The translations under genes and the position numbers were made by a program. The notes under the pieces were generated by a model. That model was not told the DNA's origin and made no database searches. It was given only the letters and a program-made list of their open reading frames with translations. From contig JALOTJ010000001.1 of assembly GCA_025457965.1 (NCBI GenBank), positions 1,271-65,270 on the forward strand: DNA of 64,000 nt, read 5' to 3'. The DNA comes from Spirochaetota bacterium. Lineage in GTDB: Bacteria > Spirochaetota > UBA4802 > UBA5368. The stretch's first letter is position 1. Each line of letters begins with the position of its first letter. This document shows positions 60,070 to 64,000 of the stretch, piece after piece.

Positions 60070-61136
60070 TACATCCCCCCGTATTTATAGTATGCCGAAC
60101 ACGGTCCCTCGGACGACACCATGCAGGGCCCCACGGCATTCTCCGGCGTACACGCCGTACCGAAGAGGCCGCACCCGGTGGGAATGATGAGTCCGCGCAG
60201 CAGGTCGCCGCAGCGGCAGCCGGGGTGCTGGCGCGGCGCCGGCGGATCGACGGGAAAGCGCCGCGCGGCATCGAAGCCCGCATAACCGTCGCGAAGCGCG
60301 AGCCCGCTACCGGGAATGACGCCGATCCCGCGCCAGTGCGCTTCGCACTCCTCGAAAACGTCGTACATGATCTCCCTGGCCTTCGGGTTCCCGCCGTCGC
60401 GGACCACGCGCGCGTACCCGTTTTCGACGACGTTCCGTTGCTCCCCGATCATACGCACCAGATTAATCGTGGACGTGATGAGGTCGTACGACTCGAAGCC
60501 CGCCACCACGCATGGCTTGTGGTACGACTCGGCCACGAAGCGCCACGGCTCCACGCCGATGATCGCGCTCACATGCCCCGGAAGGATGAATCCGTCGATG
60601 CGCGTTTCACCGGCGTCGAGCAGGGCCTTCACGGCGGGAGGGGTGAGCTTGTTACCGCACAGGATGGAAAAGTTCAAAATGTTCCGCTCGCGCGCCCGCC
60701 GCACCGCCACGGCCTCGGTCGGGGCCGTGGTCTCGAAGCCCACGCTGAGAAACATCACCTGAACGTCCTGATTCACGGCGGCGAACTCCAGAGCATCAAG
60801 CGGAGAATACACCACCTCGAGCCTCATCCCGGTCGATTTCTCACGCGCCAGCGAGCTGTACGAGGACGGCACCTTGACCATGTCTCCGAAAGTGGCCACG
60901 GTTACGCCATGGACGCGCGCGATCTCGATCGCCCGGTCCAGGTAATCGTTCGGTGTTACGCAAACCGGGCAGCCGGGGCCGTCAATAAGCGAGAGTCCCT
61001 CCGGAAAAACATCACGCACCCCTGAGCGGAAAAATTCGGTGGTATGGGTGCCGCAGACCTCCATAATCCTGAGGTCGCGCTCGAGGCGAAGGGACCGAAG
61101 CCCGTCCGCCATCTCCCTGATCCTATCGCTTTTCAT
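60069..61136 (-). CDS. hypD: Hydrogenase maturation protein HypD
   Basis: CGTH, GPGCPVC, GFETT, PGHVS and GPCMVSSEG. Confidence 0.97.
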   Translation of the reverse strand: MKSDRIREMADGLRSLRLERDLRIMEVCGTHTTEFFRSGVRDVFPEGLSLIDGPGCPVCVTPNDYLDRAIEIARVHGVTVATFGDMVKVPSSYSSLAREKSTGMRLEVVYSPLDALEFAAVNQDVQVMFLSVGFETTAPTEAVAVRRARERNILNFSILCGNKLTPPAVKALLDAGETRIDGFILPGHVSAIIGVEPWRFVAESYHKPCVVAGFESYDLITSTINLVRMIGEQRNVVENGYARVVRDGGNPKAREIMYDVFEECEAHWRGIGVIPGSGLALRDGYAGFDAARRFPVDPPAPRQHPGCRCGDLLRGLIIPTGCGLFGTACTPENAVGPCMVSSEGPCSAYYKYGGM

Positions 61137-63411
61137 GTTGTATGATTTCCCTGGCCACCGCAATCTGGCCGAGCGCCAGGCAGCCGTCGTTGAAGGGTAT
61201 TTTTTCCGGAAGGTGGATGTCAAACCGTTTTTCCCGCAGGCCGTCGATGATGAGCCGAAGCAAAAGCCGGTTCTGAAACGCACCGCCGGAAAGCACGACA
61301 TCGTTAAGGCCGTCTTTACCGCGTATGTTCTCCGCCATCGCGACGGCGATCCCGGCGATCGCCGCGTGAAACGCGCACGCCGTTTCCTCGACGCTTCTGC
61401 CGGAAAGGCGGAGCGTAACGACGCGCTCCACCAGCGACTCCGTCGAAATCACCGCCGGGAAGCCTGCCGAAACCGGGATCACCCAGCCGTCATCAATCCA
61501 GGTTTCCGCACCGCGGAGCGCCGCCTCCTCGAGCAGCATCGCCGCCTCGGCCTCGGCGCTCACCGATTTCGCTATCCCGAGTATGGCCGCCACGCCGTCG
61601 AAAATCCTTCCGATGCTGCAGGTCTCGGGGCAGTTGATTTTCTTTTCGATCACTTCGCACACCATCACCGCCTCTTTGCCGCGGCGCATGATTGGATAAT
61701 CGTCACCGTAGCGCGCGCGCAGAAGGGCGATACCTATTTTCCACACGTCGCGGATGGCGCTCTCCCCGCCGGGAAGCGGGAAGTACGAGAAATGCGCCAG
61801 CCGCTCGAACTCCGTCCGGTCAGCGACCAGAAACTCGGCCCCCCACAGCCGCCCATCGGTGCCGTAACCGGTGCCGTCAAACGCTATACCGATGACACGA
61901 CCCGCCAGGTTCCGTTCTTCCATGACCGAGACTATATGCGCGTGATGATGCTGTACGGCGATCCTGTGCATCCCCAGGGCTTCAAGCTCTCCGGCTATCG
62001 CCGAGGTGAAATACCCCGGGTGCCGGTCGCACGCGACCGTCCGCGGCTCGAACCGGTAGATCTCCCCGAATCGACGCATCTCAGCACGGTAGAGAGCGTT
62101 CGCCGACGGCGACTCGAGGTCGCCTATGAACTGCGACATGACCGCCGACCGTCCGCGCGCGAATGCGAAGCTGCTCTTTAAATCACCCCCGGTGGCGAAA
62201 ACCTCCGGACCGTCCGCCGCTAGAAGCAGGGGTACGGGCACGTAGCCGCGCGAGCGCCGCGCGAAGAAGGGCATTCCTTTCTCCACGAAAAGGACGCTGT
62301 CATCGCTGAACTGCTCGATGTCCCTGTTATAGGTTATGAAAACATCCGCGATATTTCCAAGCTCTTCAAACGCCTGCCGGTCGCGGTAAATGATCGGCTC
62401 GTCCGCGACATTCCCGCTGGTCATGACAAGAACCAGATACCGGTCGACTCCGAAGAGCATATGCTGAAACGGCGTGTAGGGAAGCATGAGGCCGATGTAA
62501 CTCAGGCCCGGGGCCACATGCCGGCTCACCAGTGACGCCTTCTCTTTCATGAGGAGGATCGGCCGCTCGTGCGAAAGGAGAAGCCTTTCTTCGATATTTC
62601 CAATTTCCAGGAACGATTCAGCCCTTTCGACGCTTCCCGCCATGATCGCGAACGGCTTGAAGGGCCGCCCCTTGCGTCGCCGCAGTTCAATGACCGCCGA
62701 GTCGCTTTCCGCGTCGCAGGCGAGCAGAAAGCCGCCGACGCTTTTAATGGCGATGATGCGTCCCTCCCGCGCGTACTCAACGGTCATCCGCGCTATTTCC
62801 ATCGGGTCCGCCGAAAGCATCGTACCGCGGGCGTCATGAAGCTCGAGGCGGGGACCGCATGCCGGGCAGGCGTTCGGCTGGGTGTGAAAGCGCCGGTCGA
62901 GCGGATCACCGTACTCGCGGCCACAGATGTGGCACATGGTGAACAACTTCATCGAGGTGTTTTCCCTGTCGTAGGGAATGTCGCGCACGATGCTGAAGCG
63001 CGGGCCGCAGTTGGTGCAGGTGATGAAAGGATAACCGTAGCGCCTGTCGGCCGGATCCTTAAGCTCGGCGAGGCATTCAGCGCAGAGCGCGCTGTCCGGG
63101 GGTATGATGGCCGAGCGCTCATCGAGCTCTTCGCTTTTTTCAATATAAAAGCCATCATAATCGGCCGGCAGTTCATCTTCGATGCTTATCGAATCAACGC
63201 GTGACAGCGGCGGAGGGGCGCCACGTATCTCCTCGACGAAGGAGTCGAGGCTTGCCGTATCCCCCTGCGCGTGCACCAGTACGCCGCGGGTGTCGTTACG
63301 TACCGATCCCGTTATGCCGTATTTGAGCGCGACACGATAAACAAAGGGACGGAATCCGACCCCCTGAACGATGCCGGTGATGCGCAGGCGTATGTTCTGT
63401 CCGTTCTTCAT
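61123..63411 (-). CDS. hypF: Carbamoyltransferase HypF
   Basis: GIVQGVGFRPF, Zn fingers CAEC/CTNCGPR/CHIC/CPACGP, HHHAH and DGTGYG. Confidence 0.97.
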   Translation of the reverse strand: MKNGQNIRLRITGIVQGVGFRPFVYRVALKYGITGSVRNDTRGVLVHAQGDTASLDSFVEEIRGAPPPLSRVDSISIEDELPADYDGFYIEKSEELDERSAIIPPDSALCAECLAELKDPADRRYGYPFITCTNCGPRFSIVRDIPYDRENTSMKLFTMCHICGREYGDPLDRRFHTQPNACPACGPRLELHDARGTMLSADPMEIARMTVEYAREGRIIAIKSVGGFLLACDAESDSAVIELRRRKGRPFKPFAIMAGSVERAESFLEIGNIEERLLLSHERPILLMKEKASLVSRHVAPGLSYIGLMLPYTPFQHMLFGVDRYLVLVMTSGNVADEPIIYRDRQAFEELGNIADVFITYNRDIEQFSDDSVLFVEKGMPFFARRSRGYVPVPLLLAADGPEVFATGGDLKSSFAFARGRSAVMSQFIGDLESPSANALYRAEMRRFGEIYRFEPRTVACDRHPGYFTSAIAGELEALGMHRIAVQHHHAHIVSVMEERNLAGRVIGIAFDGTGYGTDGRLWGAEFLVADRTEFERLAHFSYFPLPGGESAIRDVWKIGIALLRARYGDDYPIMRRGKEAVMVCEVIEKKINCPETCSIGRIFDGVAAILGIAKSVSAEAEAAMLLEEAALRGAETWIDDGWVIPVSAGFPAVISTESLVERVVTLRLSGRSVEETACAFHAAIAGIAVAMAENIRGKDGLNDVVLSGGAFQNRLLLRLIIDGLREKRFDIHLPEKIPFNDGCLALGQIAVAREIIQHEKR

Positions 63412-63741
63412 ATCAAAGTTACTTTGACATGAATACAATAGACCCGATGAGTCAATTATATTCCGTCATCTTCGCATTTCCATATATTTGACTTGTTTCA
63501 AAACTCGAGGATGATCGTTTCCCCGTTATGAAACAAGGTTATTGTGATTATTGGTTCCAAGGGGGGCAACCGGAAACCCGTATATATAGAGACTCCGGTC
63601 AATGCTTACAATACCACATCTTTAATCGCACTCAGCGGTCCATTAAACAATTTTATTATTGCGTTCGGGTGAACCTCCGGTACCATTGCTGCACCGGTTG
63701 AAGGGAATGACCAGAAATCACATGCCGTATATGAGGCCACC

Positions 63742-64000
63742 ATGGAGATCAAGGTTCTTAAAGACATCCTCGCGTCGAACGAAAGCCGGGCGGAGGAGAT
63801 ACGCACACTCCTGAAAGAGAAAAAAATCTACATGATCGACCTCATGAGCTCACCGGGCTCTGGTAAGACCGCACTGCTCGACCGGATCATCGGCTCGCTT
63901 AAAAACCGCTACCGAATCGCCGTAATCGAGGGCGACATCAAGACCACCAGGGACGCGGAGCGACTTGCCGGGCACGACGTTCCGATCATACAGATTGAGA
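63742..64000 (+). CDS. hypB: Hydrogenase nickel-insertion GTPase HypB; 5' part, runs off the window
   Basis: Manual translation MEIKVLKDILASN...LMSSPGSGKTALL...AVIEGDIKTTRDAERL. Confidence 0.92.
   Translation, partial: MEIKVLKDILASNESRAEEIRTLLKEKKIYMIDLMSSPGSGKTALLDRIIGSLKNRYRIAVIEGDIKTTRDAERLAGHDVPIIQIE

Noticed and set aside
63434..63741. hypA or a NiCo riboswitch between hypF and hypB
   Set aside because: No MHE/CxxC ORF and no recognisable riboswitch consensus

Overview
GC-rich bacterial chromosomal window from an anaerobe. A spirochaete-like origin is my impression only and is not verifiable here. The left part (4.0-24.1 kb, all minus strand) is a ~20 kb lipid/CoA-ester catabolic cluster. 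It holds 3 acyl-CoA dehydrogenase loci (one broken by an internal deletion), 2 CoA ligases, a FadB-type hydratase/dehydrogenase and a MaoC + DUF35 + Cys-less thiolase module. It also holds a catalytically degenerate HMG-CoA-synthase-DUF35 fusion next to an active thiolase, an atypical AbfD/HpaB-family flavoprotein, a CrtI-like FAD oxidoreductase, an SDR, a DUF6125-like protein and a TetR. The two promoter regions of the cluster share a 25-bp motif. The rest is mostly housekeeping: ftsK, rnj, dut, tRNA-Val(CAC), galK, nadC, uvrB, metW/metX under a SAM-I riboswitch, a FadF/EMO-type membrane Fe-S oxidoreductase, hppA, tsaD, an S41 protease, a split fumarase and hypFDEC/hypB. Also present are a decayed Phd-VapC pair, c-di-GMP proteins (stand-alone MshEN-like, YkuI-like EAL, GGDEF) and an AT-rich intergenic region at ~39 kb with a phased DnaA-box cluster. 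No CRISPR array, integrase or transposase was seen. All family calls come from motif recognition by eye, not from database searches.
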